Assembly (NCBI GenBank): GCA_026025795.1
Contig: JAPEUG010000030.1
Coordinates: forward strand, 61,562-81,561
Direction: 5' to 3'
DNA: 20,000 bases
DNA from: Thelocarpon superellum
Lineage: Eukaryota
A model generated the notes under the pieces. The model saw nothing but the letters and a program-made list of their open reading frames with translations. It made no database searches and was not told the DNA's origin. Below are positions 1 to 9,028 of this stretch, in pieces. The first letter of the stretch is position 1; each line of letters opens with the position of its first letter. The position numbers and the translations under genes are program-made.

Positions 1-9
1 CTCTCAAGG

Positions 10-1362
10 ATGGCCTCTCCACCACCGACATTCCCACCACGGAAGGTTCCCATCCCGGCCAAGGGGGTCGACTACCGTAGTAAAGTAGTCCTGGCCCCCA
101 TGGTCCGGTCCGGGGAGCTGCCCTCACGACTGATGGCCCTACGATACGGCGCCGACCTAGTCTGGGGTCCGGAAACGGTAGATCGATCGATGATCGGCTG
201 CACTGGGTCCATGAACCCCCGCACCTCGACCCTCGATTTCACCCGTCCGTCGTCGAACAACTCTACCTCCCTAATCTACCGCCTCCACCCCGAGCTCGAG
301 TCCAAGCGATTGATCTTCCAGCTCGGCACTGCCTCGCCCACATATGCTGTCCAAGCCGCCCATCTCGTGGGCGCGTCCGTGGCTGGGATCGACGTCAACG
401 CCGGCTGTCCCAAGCCCTTCTCTACCAGCGGCGGCATGGGCGCAGCACTCCTCCGCACCCCGGACCTACTCTGTGAGATTCTGACAACACTGGTGAAAGA
501 GGTGGGACACCTCTACGAGATTGGCATCTCTGTCAAGATCCGACTTCTGCCCGAGCCAGAAATGACGGAGGATCTCGTCCGACGACTCTGCCAGACGGGG
601 ATTACAGGGCTCACCGTGCACTGTCGTACGGCGACCATGAGGCCACGCGAGAAAGCCATCCGCGAGCAACTTCGCAGCGTCGCCACCATTTGCCGCGGCC
701 ACGGCGTGGCATGCCTCATGAATGGTGACGTCGCGGACCGAGATGCGGCCCTCGCCCTGGCGACAGAATATGGGGTAGACGGAGGCATGATCGCCACGGC
801 TGCCGAATCCAACCCCTCGGTCTTCCGAACCCAGGCAGAGGGTGGCCAGGCCCCTTGGAGTACCATTATGCGGGAATACATCGAGACAGCACTGTCGGTG
901 GAAAATCGATATGGCAACACCAAGTTCCTGCTCCAACACCTCATCCCAGGCAAAAACGCGGCACACAAGAAGTTCCAATCCGCAAGGGGCTACGTGGAGC
1001 TATGCGCTGCACTCGGCCTCGACGACCTCCTCGCAACCGCAGCGCAAGTTGATACACAGCTTGGCATTCGGTCCTCCGCCGTGGCGGGTCGAATCTCGTC
1101 GGCTGGAGCCGGCGTCGTTGTTCCGTCTGCGACATCCCCGTCTTCCAGCATCAGCATCAAGCGCAAAAGCGTCACAGACACCTCCACTGACTGCGACTAT
1201 ATCTATGACGGCAACAAGAACGATGCAGGCGCTAGAAAAAGACTCGTTCAGGAGCGAGGCTCGGGCTCAAGCTCTGTCTCCGTCGTCGATGCACAGGCCT
1301 ATCCTGATCTCGGACCTGCTCCGGCTGCGACGGCGGCGGCGGCGGCGGCAATCAATGTGTGA
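10..1362 (+). CDS. DUS2: tRNA-dihydrouridine synthase, Dus2/Smm1 type (FMN-dependent), 450 aa, single exon
   Basis: Dus motifs LAPMVR, LVWGPE, FQLGT, IDVNAGCPKPFS (catalytic Cys), GMGAALL, SVKIR, LTVHCRT, NGDV and MIATAA. Low-complexity Ser/Ala C-terminal tail. Confidence 0.92.
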   Translation: MASPPPTFPPRKVPIPAKGVDYRSKVVLAPMVRSGELPSRLMALRYGADLVWGPETVDRSMIGCTGSMNPRTSTLDFTRPSSNNSTSLIYRLHPELESKRLIFQLGTASPTYAVQAAHLVGASVAGIDVNAGCPKPFSTSGGMGAALLRTPDLLCEILTTLVKEVGHLYEIGISVKIRLLPEPEMTEDLVRRLCQTGITGLTVHCRTATMRPREKAIREQLRSVATICRGHGVACLMNGDVADRDAALALATEYGVDGGMIATAAESNPSVFRTQAEGGQAPWSTIMREYIETALSVENRYGNTKFLLQHLIPGKNAAHKKFQSARGYVELCAALGLDDLLATAAQVDTQLGIRSSAVAGRISSAGAGVVVPSATSPSSSISIKRKSVTDTSTDCDYIYDGNKNDAGARKRLVQERGSGSSSVSVVDAQAYPDLGPAPAATAAAAAAINV

Positions 1363-1380
1363 CGGACGGACGGACGGACG
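1331..1380 (+). repeat. (CGG)6 encoding poly-Ala at the end of DUS2, followed by (GACG)5 overlapping the stop codon
   Basis: cggcggcggcggcggcgg at 1331-1348 and gacggacggacggacggacg at 1361-1380, read directly. Confidence 0.9.
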
Positions 1381-1801
1381 ATGAGTGGGAGATCTGATAG
1401 ATCTCTGATGATTGAGTGGGCGCATGGAGCATCCATGCAGGGCATTCGGTGAACAGGATGGTGTAGAGTCCAATTTGGCCGAGGGCTGCGGCGCTCTTGC
1501 ATTGTCATGGCACAAGGAGCGAATGCTTATGAATCTCCTCATACTGAATAATGAATACGACTGTACAGACAAGCCTGACTACGCTACTGTCGCTGCCCGT
1601 GTGCACTGCTATAGACTGCTGTAGACGGCCGTGTGCAATCTTGATGAAGAGGCCTTCCGCAACCATGATGCGGTGAGACAATTTGCCCCCTTGTCCAAAC
1701 CACGAAAGCTGCATTCCGGAGCAAGCATGAGGGCTGCGCATCTCATGATGCTCATGAGGGCTAAGCATCATGATACAGATACGTAGGGCCGAGGTGCCCG
1801 A

Positions 1802-3459
1802 CTAAGGGTGGACCAGGGCACCGAGCCGTTTTTCCATCACCTCACGGCCCGTTAGGGTTTGCCACACCTCGTGCGGCGCACCGTTGATGATGTCCCATGC
1901 GACCAGATGGTTGGTGAGGTGCGTGAGGTCACGCTGTTTGCGCTCCCACTCGCTATCGCGTCGCACTTCGATGCCCGAGCTCAGCACTACCAAGGGCATT
2001 GCGTCGCTTTGGATAGTCCGGGCGGAGGAGACTTCGCTCTTGGTGAGCGAATCGGCAACCAGGTTTTCTTGCAGCTTGGCTTTCAGGAATCGTCCGCCTT
2101 GCGAGGCTGATTTTCCATAGGTCCGATCCTCACGCGACCGTCCCCGGAAGAGGGCCCCGGCCAGTCGGTCAAACCCCAGCGGGCTGATGATGCCACGAGC
2201 CCAGAGGAGGAATCCGCGACTCGGCGAGGCGATGCGGTGGAGGAGATCCTCGTGGAGGGTGTCGATCAGGAGCAGGCCTTGGACCTCGCGGGTGTGTCGG
2301 GCGGAGAAGATACGGGAGTAGATGCCTCCGATGCCGGCGGCAACGAGGACCCATGGGCCTTCTTCGCCCGCACGGGCGAGCGCCTCCGACAGGGCGTCGG
2401 CCGACATGCCAGCTGAATGAGGCGACGGCGCATTATCCGACCAGGCCAATCCCGGCCGATCCCAGTAACAGTAGCGGCTGATAGTCCCGTTCTTGAGCGC
2501 GTTGGCGGCAAAGGGAAGTAGTCCCTGCTCGACCGGCTCCTCGCCCCCTTCGAGGAAGACGGTGGGATTGCGTTTGCCGTGGCTACTGGTGATGTTGCCC
2601 TCACAGAAGACGTGCACCTGGTACTTGTTGCCGTCGACGTAGTATCGTTCGCCCGGTGGCGCCAAGGTCGCGTCGCGGGCACGGAGAATGAGCACGGCGG
2701 AGAGTAAGATGGTGACGATGATGAGCAGCGCCAAGACCACATTGGAGCTGAGCACGGAGCACCACTCGCGCAAGGTCCGGCGCGTCTCTCGTCGGCCCGT
2801 CAAACGCTCTTCCTCCTCATGCTTGCCCCAGGCGACGACGCGGTCCGTCAAGAGGATCCACAGCGCCATGAGCAAGGCCCACACGACGCTGGTGACGCCG
2901 ACCCAGCCCTCTTCAAAACGAAGGCGGCTCACGGCGACGATGATGATCATGTCGACGAGCAAGAGCACGGCGATGATGAGACAGGAGATGCGGGCCGCCC
3001 GACTGGGGCTGGCGAAGAAGAGGATGCCAATGAGGAGGTTGCCAAGCGTCAGGGTAGTGTAGGAGACATCGAAGAAGCCGGAACCACGCGAGTGCATGCC
3101 CGGCGGGCTGATGAAGATGGAGATGAACAGCAGCACCCACCACAGGAATGTGATGACGAGGAAGAGGATTGAGAAGTATCGGAGTGCACGCACACTCCAA
3201 AGGTTGTACGGCGAGACCTAATGACGTGGGTCAGCGATGCAGCGTGGATCAGAGGGTGAGCACCACTCACGGCGGGGTCATCGGGATCCAGGTAACTTGC
3301 ATGCGTGGGTGGCGGAAGGAGATGCGTCCGCTCGTTGGCCTCCTCCGCGTCGTCCACCCGTGCGGAGCTCCGGTCTCGAACGCCATCTTCATCGGGTGGT
3401 GAGTCTGCCTCTGCACGACCATGGTCACCCGCGCTGCGGGAGCCCCAAAGGGACACCAT
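1802..3459 (-). CDS. Integral membrane protein with about 5 N-terminal TM helices and a C-terminal alpha/beta-hydrolase fold. Exons 3459-3271 and 3217-1802, 534 aa
   Basis: ATG at 3459 (MVSLWGS). Intron 3270-3218 (GTGAGT...GCTGAC...TAG) joins YLDPDDPA to VSPYNLWSVRALR in frame. Hydrolase-fold motifs PTVFLEGGE, YCYWDRPGLAWSD, GPWVLV, GLLLID and GAPH. Confidence 0.85.
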
Positions 3460-4609
3460 GGTGGATGGGAGGCAGCGGCCGCTGTCGAGGACCCGGAAGC
3501 ACCGGATTTGTTGGCGACTGAAGACCACGATAGAAGACGGTGACCGCTGATGATTTTTGCGGCACGGCAGAGGATCTTGGGACGAGGAGGGGATTCGGGA
3601 GACAGGAGGAACGTATCGACAAGTTTAGAAGAGGAGTTGCTTCGTGAATGGCCAAGAATGAAGAGAGTGAGGTCCTTTTCGTCGTCCTACTCCTACTACT
3701 ACGCCTCCTACTGCGGAATACTGCTCCTACTGGGAGCAGTACTCCGCCTCGTCCCACTCGTGTTCCCCTCCGCGATCCGGTTACGTCAGTGCCCGTATGC
3801 AGTGCAAGTTAAGTTGTTGGCGCTAGCTCCGACCGCCGTTGAACAGCCAGTACGAACTAAGTTACTCCGTATGAATTGAAAATCTACGGACGACGCACCC
3901 ATCGCCCTTCCCGATTGAGCGGGTGCGCCCCGCCGCCCTACGCTCGCGCGACCTGGCTGGCCCTCGCACGACCTGAGGTGTGCCAGGGCAGTGCCGGGGT
4001 GTGCTGGGGTGCAACACAAGCGCTCGCTGCTGCCTAGCAGCGATTGGAAACGATCTCGGCTCGCAGCCCACTTCAGCCAATGACCGAGGCGCTCTCATCT
4101 GCCACATCCACCTTGCGGCGCCGCGCCTCCGTTAGTGTCTGGGTCTCTGGCCAATGGTCGCTTGAGCCGGATTGAACGTCACGTGGCGCTTGACAAGCGA
4201 CAGATCTCTGTCACGTCGGTCGAGCGCTCTCCAAGAAGCACCATCTTTCGGCGCATGGATAATCTGGACTGGGATGGGTGATGTACAATGGCATTGCTTC
4301 CAGCTCTTCCCAATTTCATCAATCCTGAAAAAGGACATCCTTCACCCTTTTTAGCCTAATGCAGCGAGTTGCTTTCATACAAGATGTAGCAGCATTGACG
4401 GTCAGGAGCACGGAGAGCGATTTAACTGCTCAGTTTGTAAACTTCATCAGGTGTCCCAGCTCGCTTGGGCTGTACGCGGATTGGCTTGCTCATACGGAGG
4501 ATCCAGAAGATCCACCAAAGCAAGCCTCTAGGCTCCAAAATGATTCCTGCAATGCCGTATCTTCCAAATTTATGGTGCCAGTTGAGGATTTGACCCGACT
4601 CGCATGTGG

Positions 4610-4616
4610 TATAAAA
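4610..4616 (+). promoter_or_regulatory. Putative TATA box of the KP4-like gene
   Basis: TATAAAA about 170 nt upstream of the ATG at 4782, followed by pyrimidine-rich sequence. Confidence 0.5.
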
Positions 4617-4781
4617 GGCTCGATCCGCTCCAAGCTTCTCAAGCGTCCGGAACTCATCGCCTTTCGTCTTCCATGACCAACTACCAGGGTCATTAGGGTC
4701 TTGTGTAGTCGGGACCTTCCCACTCCAAGCCTGACTTCTGATCCTTTCTGTCGCGGTCGCCATTCCTTGACCATCGATACA

Positions 4782-5297
4782 ATGAAGATCATCATCCACG
4801 CCTTCATCCTGGCTCTCGCCACTCTCGCTTCAGCCGATGACCATATCCATTTAGACGTGAAGACGGATTGCAGCGTTGGGAGCAGCATGTGCTCGTTCGA
4901 GCACAGCATCGGCCTCTGCGGCAAGCATCAGACATGCATGCAGGCGCTGCTGGCCAAGCTGCAAGGCATGAACCAGACACAGATATTCGACGCGGACGAG
5001 ACGATCGCCTGCGTCGGCCGCCCAGGCCTCGTCGGTGAGCTCTGCATTGCCGGGTACGTGAACTATATCTTGGATGATGGTTCTGGCAGTCCAGTATTCA
5101 AAGACGGATTCTCGGCCCAAGATGCGGCGAACTCGACGCAGGCCCTGATAAATGCTGGTTGTACCACCTGCGGCATCAGCATTCTGAACTCGACATTATC
5201 GGACTTTGACCTTGAGGACCCGCAACAAACTGATACGGTCATTATTTCGATCGATGGTTATGCCGTGGACTATCGCGCGCAAATCTTCCAGGGGTAG
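4782..5297 (+). CDS. Small secreted cysteine-rich protein, probable KP4 killer-toxin-like family member, 171 aa, intronless
   Basis: Kozak-like acaATG. Signal peptide MKIIIHAFILALATLASA. 8 Cys in the mature part. DCSVGSSMC resembles KP4 NCRGSSQC, and QALINAGCTTCG resembles KP4 TNLVNHGCRVCG. Central ETIAC...LCIAGYV segment resembles fungal KP4-like proteins. Confidence 0.72.
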   Translation: MKIIIHAFILALATLASADDHIHLDVKTDCSVGSSMCSFEHSIGLCGKHQTCMQALLAKLQGMNQTQIFDADETIACVGRPGLVGELCIAGYVNYILDDGSGSPVFKDGFSAQDAANSTQALINAGCTTCGISILNSTLSDFDLEDPQQTDTVIISIDGYAVDYRAQIFQG

Positions 5298-5619
5298 ACC
5301 GACTGGTGGATAGATGCAATAGGTTGAAAGCAACGGGAGGGAGCAGGAGAAGGAGAAGGACTCAAGGGAAGAAATACAAAACATGGCATGTGAGCCCTCT
5401 ATCCCGGAAGAAGTCTGGTGGAAGCGAATCCCTTCAATGAGCCAGGGAGCCGTGTTTCGGCCAGGCAGTCACATCACGTTTCATGACATGGATGGACTGC
5501 GGAAGCGGATTCAGATGTACGACCCAAGAAGAGAAGCAAGATGCGACCCAATGCTATGCAGACTCTTCTCTATATCTCGGCCCCAATCCTCTGCCCGCCT
5601 CCCCACCCTCTCTTGCTCT

Positions 5620-6615
5620 CTAGAGCGCAAGAACCAATTCGACCCGTTTCCAATATGCAGGCTCCCAGATCACGCCCGTGGCGCTGCCGCAGCATCTGTA
5701 CGATGCGTTTGATCTGTTGCACAGACTGGTCATCGCTTCTCCCTCCTCGTCGACCAATCTGTCCTGCTCGTCCCACCAGCATGAAAGGTCGTCCGGGCCG
5801 ATGAGGGGACGAGTCGGTGGCTCCTGCCTGCGTCGAAGTTTGGGCTTGATCGAGCCACAGATGCCATGCCATAGCACCGCCGTTGGCGCCTTGTACGCCA
5901 TGCAGGTACACGACGCGCTGGGGCCGCACGTGTCTTTAACACTCGTGCACCTCGCCTGGCACTGTTTCCGGCCGGGAGCAGACCAACGGCGGGGGTGGGT
6001 TGCCATGTACCGCGCTCGTGACCCTTTCCCTCGCCGGCGTCCTGATCCTCAATTTCCTTCGGCCTGGGGCGGCGGGGATGATCCGCTGTCGGAGCTTGGC
6101 GGGTTCTGGCCAACGGAAGGTGGCGGGTTGGGGCTCTTGGGACTTGGGCGCATCGACGGTGGCGGTGTCATCGCACTGCTGGTGCTGGAGCTGGTAGCAT
6201 TTGCTGCCGCACTTTCCGCTTCAATCCCATCCTCATCCGCTGCCTTCGCTGCCTTGCCCTTCGGTTCTATTCTCTCCTTCCCGCTCTTCTCCCTCTCCGA
6301 GGGTTTTTTAAATCCCCCTGGCAGCTCCATCACCGACGTAGTTGCATTGGTCCTCTGGCCTGGCCCCATGCTGTCGACCAAACTGGCCGCTCCCACGCTC
6401 GCTCTGACCGCTTGGCTGCCCAGTTCCTTGCTATTTTTGCCAACGCTCTTGCCCTGCGCCTTCTCGCTGGGACCGCCTTCGCTTGGCTGGTTGGGATGTG
6501 GGTACCAAAAGTGAATCAGGTCGAGTCTGAGCTTGATTGTGAGGCCCTTGCGTCTCATGGTAGAGATAGGGAAAGTCACGGGGTGACCATGTGACAGTGC
6601 ATGTGATATACCCAC
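5620..6615 (-). pseudogene. Probable disrupted gene: Ser/Pro/Lys-rich region plus 10-Cys C-terminal domain, interrupted by an in-frame TGA at 6051-6049; 5' end unresolved
   Basis: ORFs 6049..6615 and 5620..6006 share a frame and the linker is open (QAEGN*GSGRRRGKGSRARYMATH). The distal part has C-x3-C-x6-C-x5-C-x-C-x14-C and a LCNRSNASYRCCGSATGVIWEP module. No clear start or signal peptide. Confidence 0.4.
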
Positions 6616-7523
6616 TGTACATCAGTTGTTGCGCAGAGGGAATATCCCATTCTGCCCTTGGCGATCAGCTGCTGTAGCTGTAGATTACGTCATCCTCCAA
6701 CATAACTTGAGTCGCACAGCGAGCTAGCAGAGCCCCAATGTTCAATTCAAGTAACACGACAAGGTCAAGGATAGGTCTACAAGCCCTATCAAATCACAAA
6801 TTCAACCCCCTTTGATTTTGTCTACTGTTTCCACTTAGCGGTAGGCCTCGTCGTCACAAAATGCTTGCTTTGTATGCTTTGTAAACTGCCACTAAATGCT
6901 ATGTATCCAATATTCCGAGCCCGTACGCACCTGCCTGCATTTCGTCCTAGTCGTTAACTACAGTCAGTTCAAGGAAGAAGATGTCATCCAACCAGAGAAC
7001 AGATAGTCCTCGTCAAGATGAGCCGCAGGAGGAAGTCATACCGAAGCGCTGCTGCCTAGCCAGGGTTGTTTAACTAATGCTAGGAAAGGTGGCAGAACTC
7101 TTAGAGAGGGCAAGCGCGAGGGCCGCTGTCGCAGTAATCTAAGCGACATACCACGGTGGTAGAACGATGAGGGTGAGCGTCCACAACGACTGCGCGTGAA
7201 GTTCATGTAGCGATCATTGACCCCAGGAGAAGAGTCTTACAACCCAGAGACACGGATCATGAGAGGACCTCTAGACCCAATACTGTTGACTATCTTGCCT
7301 CTTGACTCCCGTTGCTACTCGAGTAGTGTCCATGTTACTGGAAGCCAGTCCTTGAATGAAGTCCGGGGGCGCTAGTGAACACCTTCCTGCGCGAGATGGT
7401 TATCCGCAAGGACTCGGGTGGAACGACAACGTCTCTCTGAATTGAATGTGGCAAATGCTTCATGAGATCGCCCAGGATAACTGGCTGATCAACACATCCA
7501 CCACACCATCCGTCCAAACCTTC

Positions 7524-9028
7524 ATGAGCGACCTGCATAGGTCCTTTGCGAAGGCCAAGCTGGCCCAGCTTCCGCCGATGCCGCCGGACATCGACGAGGC
7601 AGCGGAAGAAGAACAGCTCCGTGATCCGACGCTCGACCGAGACTACGATGACTCCTCATCTGCCTCATCCGCCTCTTCCACCGGCACTATCAGGCCCGCA
7701 CCCAGCCATCATCTTTTTCCCCGTCCCAAAATGTTCGTAGTCCCGTGATGCGGTGCTATGCCGAATGGGCGAATGTCGCTCTTGCTTCCAAGAGCTGACC
7801 GGTGCATCCCCAGTCCGCTCCAGGGGGGACGGAGATCGCATCTCGACCCGCTTCCCTGGACCCCCCATTTTGCTCAGGAGCTGTACTTGACCGCATCTTC
7901 CAACGCTGAGGACGTCACGCATCACGTCTACCTGACCGCCCCCGCCCCCGCCCCCGCCCTCGCCCCCGCCCTCTCGGCGCCGCTCTTTGTGACGCATCAT
8001 GGTGCGGGTTCGTCCGGCTTGTCCTTTGCCATCCTGGCCTCCGAAATACGGAAGCTGCTTCCTAATGCCGGGGTCCTGTCGGTCGACGCTCGAGGCCATG
8101 GCGAATCAGTCGTCACGCCACATGGCCTAGAGCCTGCGAAGTCGCTCGATCTTAGTCTTGAGACGCTGACCACCGACCTCATCACCATCTTACGCCTCAC
8201 ACAGGAGAAATGCGCCTGGCCGTCGCTGCCGCCGCTGGTACTCGTTGGTCATAGCCTAGGCGGCGCCGTCGTAACTAACGCCGCTCATCGGGGGACGCTG
8301 GGTGATCGAGTCCTGGCCTACGCCGTGCTCGACGTCGTCGAAGGATCGGCCATGGACGCCCTCCAGAGCATGCAGACATATCTGACTACCCGACCTTCCA
8401 CCTTCCCCTCGCTGTCAGTGGGCATCGAATGGCAGTGAGTCGATCTGCCGTGGACCGCTCTCCCTTGGCGCGATAACTTACTGGGCCTCGTCCTGCAGTA
8501 TCCGCTCACGAACCATCCGGAACACGACCTCGGCCCGGACCTCCGTGCCTCCGCTGCTCACCCAGTCTGTTCAGCCTCCCAATGCATGGCTATGGCGGAC
8601 CGACCTTGCGGCGACGCAGCCCTTCTGGGAGTCGTGGTTCCGCGGCCTGAGCAGCAAGTTTCTCGGCGCCACGAGCGGCAAGCTCCTTCTGCTGGCGGGC
8701 ACCGATCGACTCGACAAGGAGCTCATGATCGGTCAGATGCAAGGTACGTATCACCCGCGTAAAGACCTCTGCCGCCGCGTTGCCCAAAACGCAGCAGAGC
8801 GAGCTGATCGTGGGGCGTCGGCGCTGGCTAGGCAAGTATCAGCTGCAGGTCTTCCCCGAAGCTGGACACTTCATCCACGAGGATCTCCCCGAGAAAACGG
8901 CTATGGTCCTGGTGGACTTTTACAAGCGGAACGATCGCAGTGCCCTTGTCTTGCCGCCTAAGGTCGGCGATCTGCTCAAGATGAAGCCGTCCCCCAGTGT
9001 ATTGTCCAACCGCACCTATCAACAGTGA
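7524..9028 (+). CDS. PPE1: Protein phosphatase (PP2A) methylesterase 1. Exons 7524-7732, 7814-8434, 8499-8743, 8832-9028; 423 aa
   Basis: Motifs [25 protein letters not shown] (nucleophile), [36 protein letters not shown] and GHFIHED. Introns 7733-7813 (GTTCGT..CAG), 8435-8498 (GTGAGT..CAG) and 8744-8831 (GTACGT..TAG) all restore the frame. Confidence 0.93.
7938..7973 (+). repeat. Coding hexamer repeat (GCCCCC/GCCCTC)x6 encoding [12 protein letters not shown] within PPE1
   Basis: gccccc gccccc gccccc gccctc gccccc gccctc, read directly. Confidence 0.85.

Noticed and set aside
3550..4680. Several 60-145 aa ORFs on both strands
   Set aside because: No recognisable motifs, several non-ATG starts and no consistent splice structure; treated as intergenic.
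4701..4781. N-terminal extension of the KP4-like ORF in the ORF track
   Set aside because: Starts at TTG; the ATG at 4782 has good context and begins a signal peptide.
6049..6051. Selenocysteine reading of the in-frame TGA
   Set aside because: Dikarya are not known to have the Sec machinery, the codon sits in a low-complexity linker and no SECIS was recognised.
5678..6514. 278-aa plus-strand ORF with hydrophobic, membrane-like segments
   Set aside because: The Leu/Phe/Ala richness is the antisense image of the Lys/Glu/Ser-rich minus frame. The minus frame has the more protein-like Cys pattern, though this ORF is not formally excluded.
7446..7523. In-frame upstream ATGs extending PPE1 by up to 26 aa
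   Set aside because: [13 protein letters not shown] at 7524 resembles the usual fungal PPE1 start. The upstream ATGs probably precede the TSS, which cannot be verified here.
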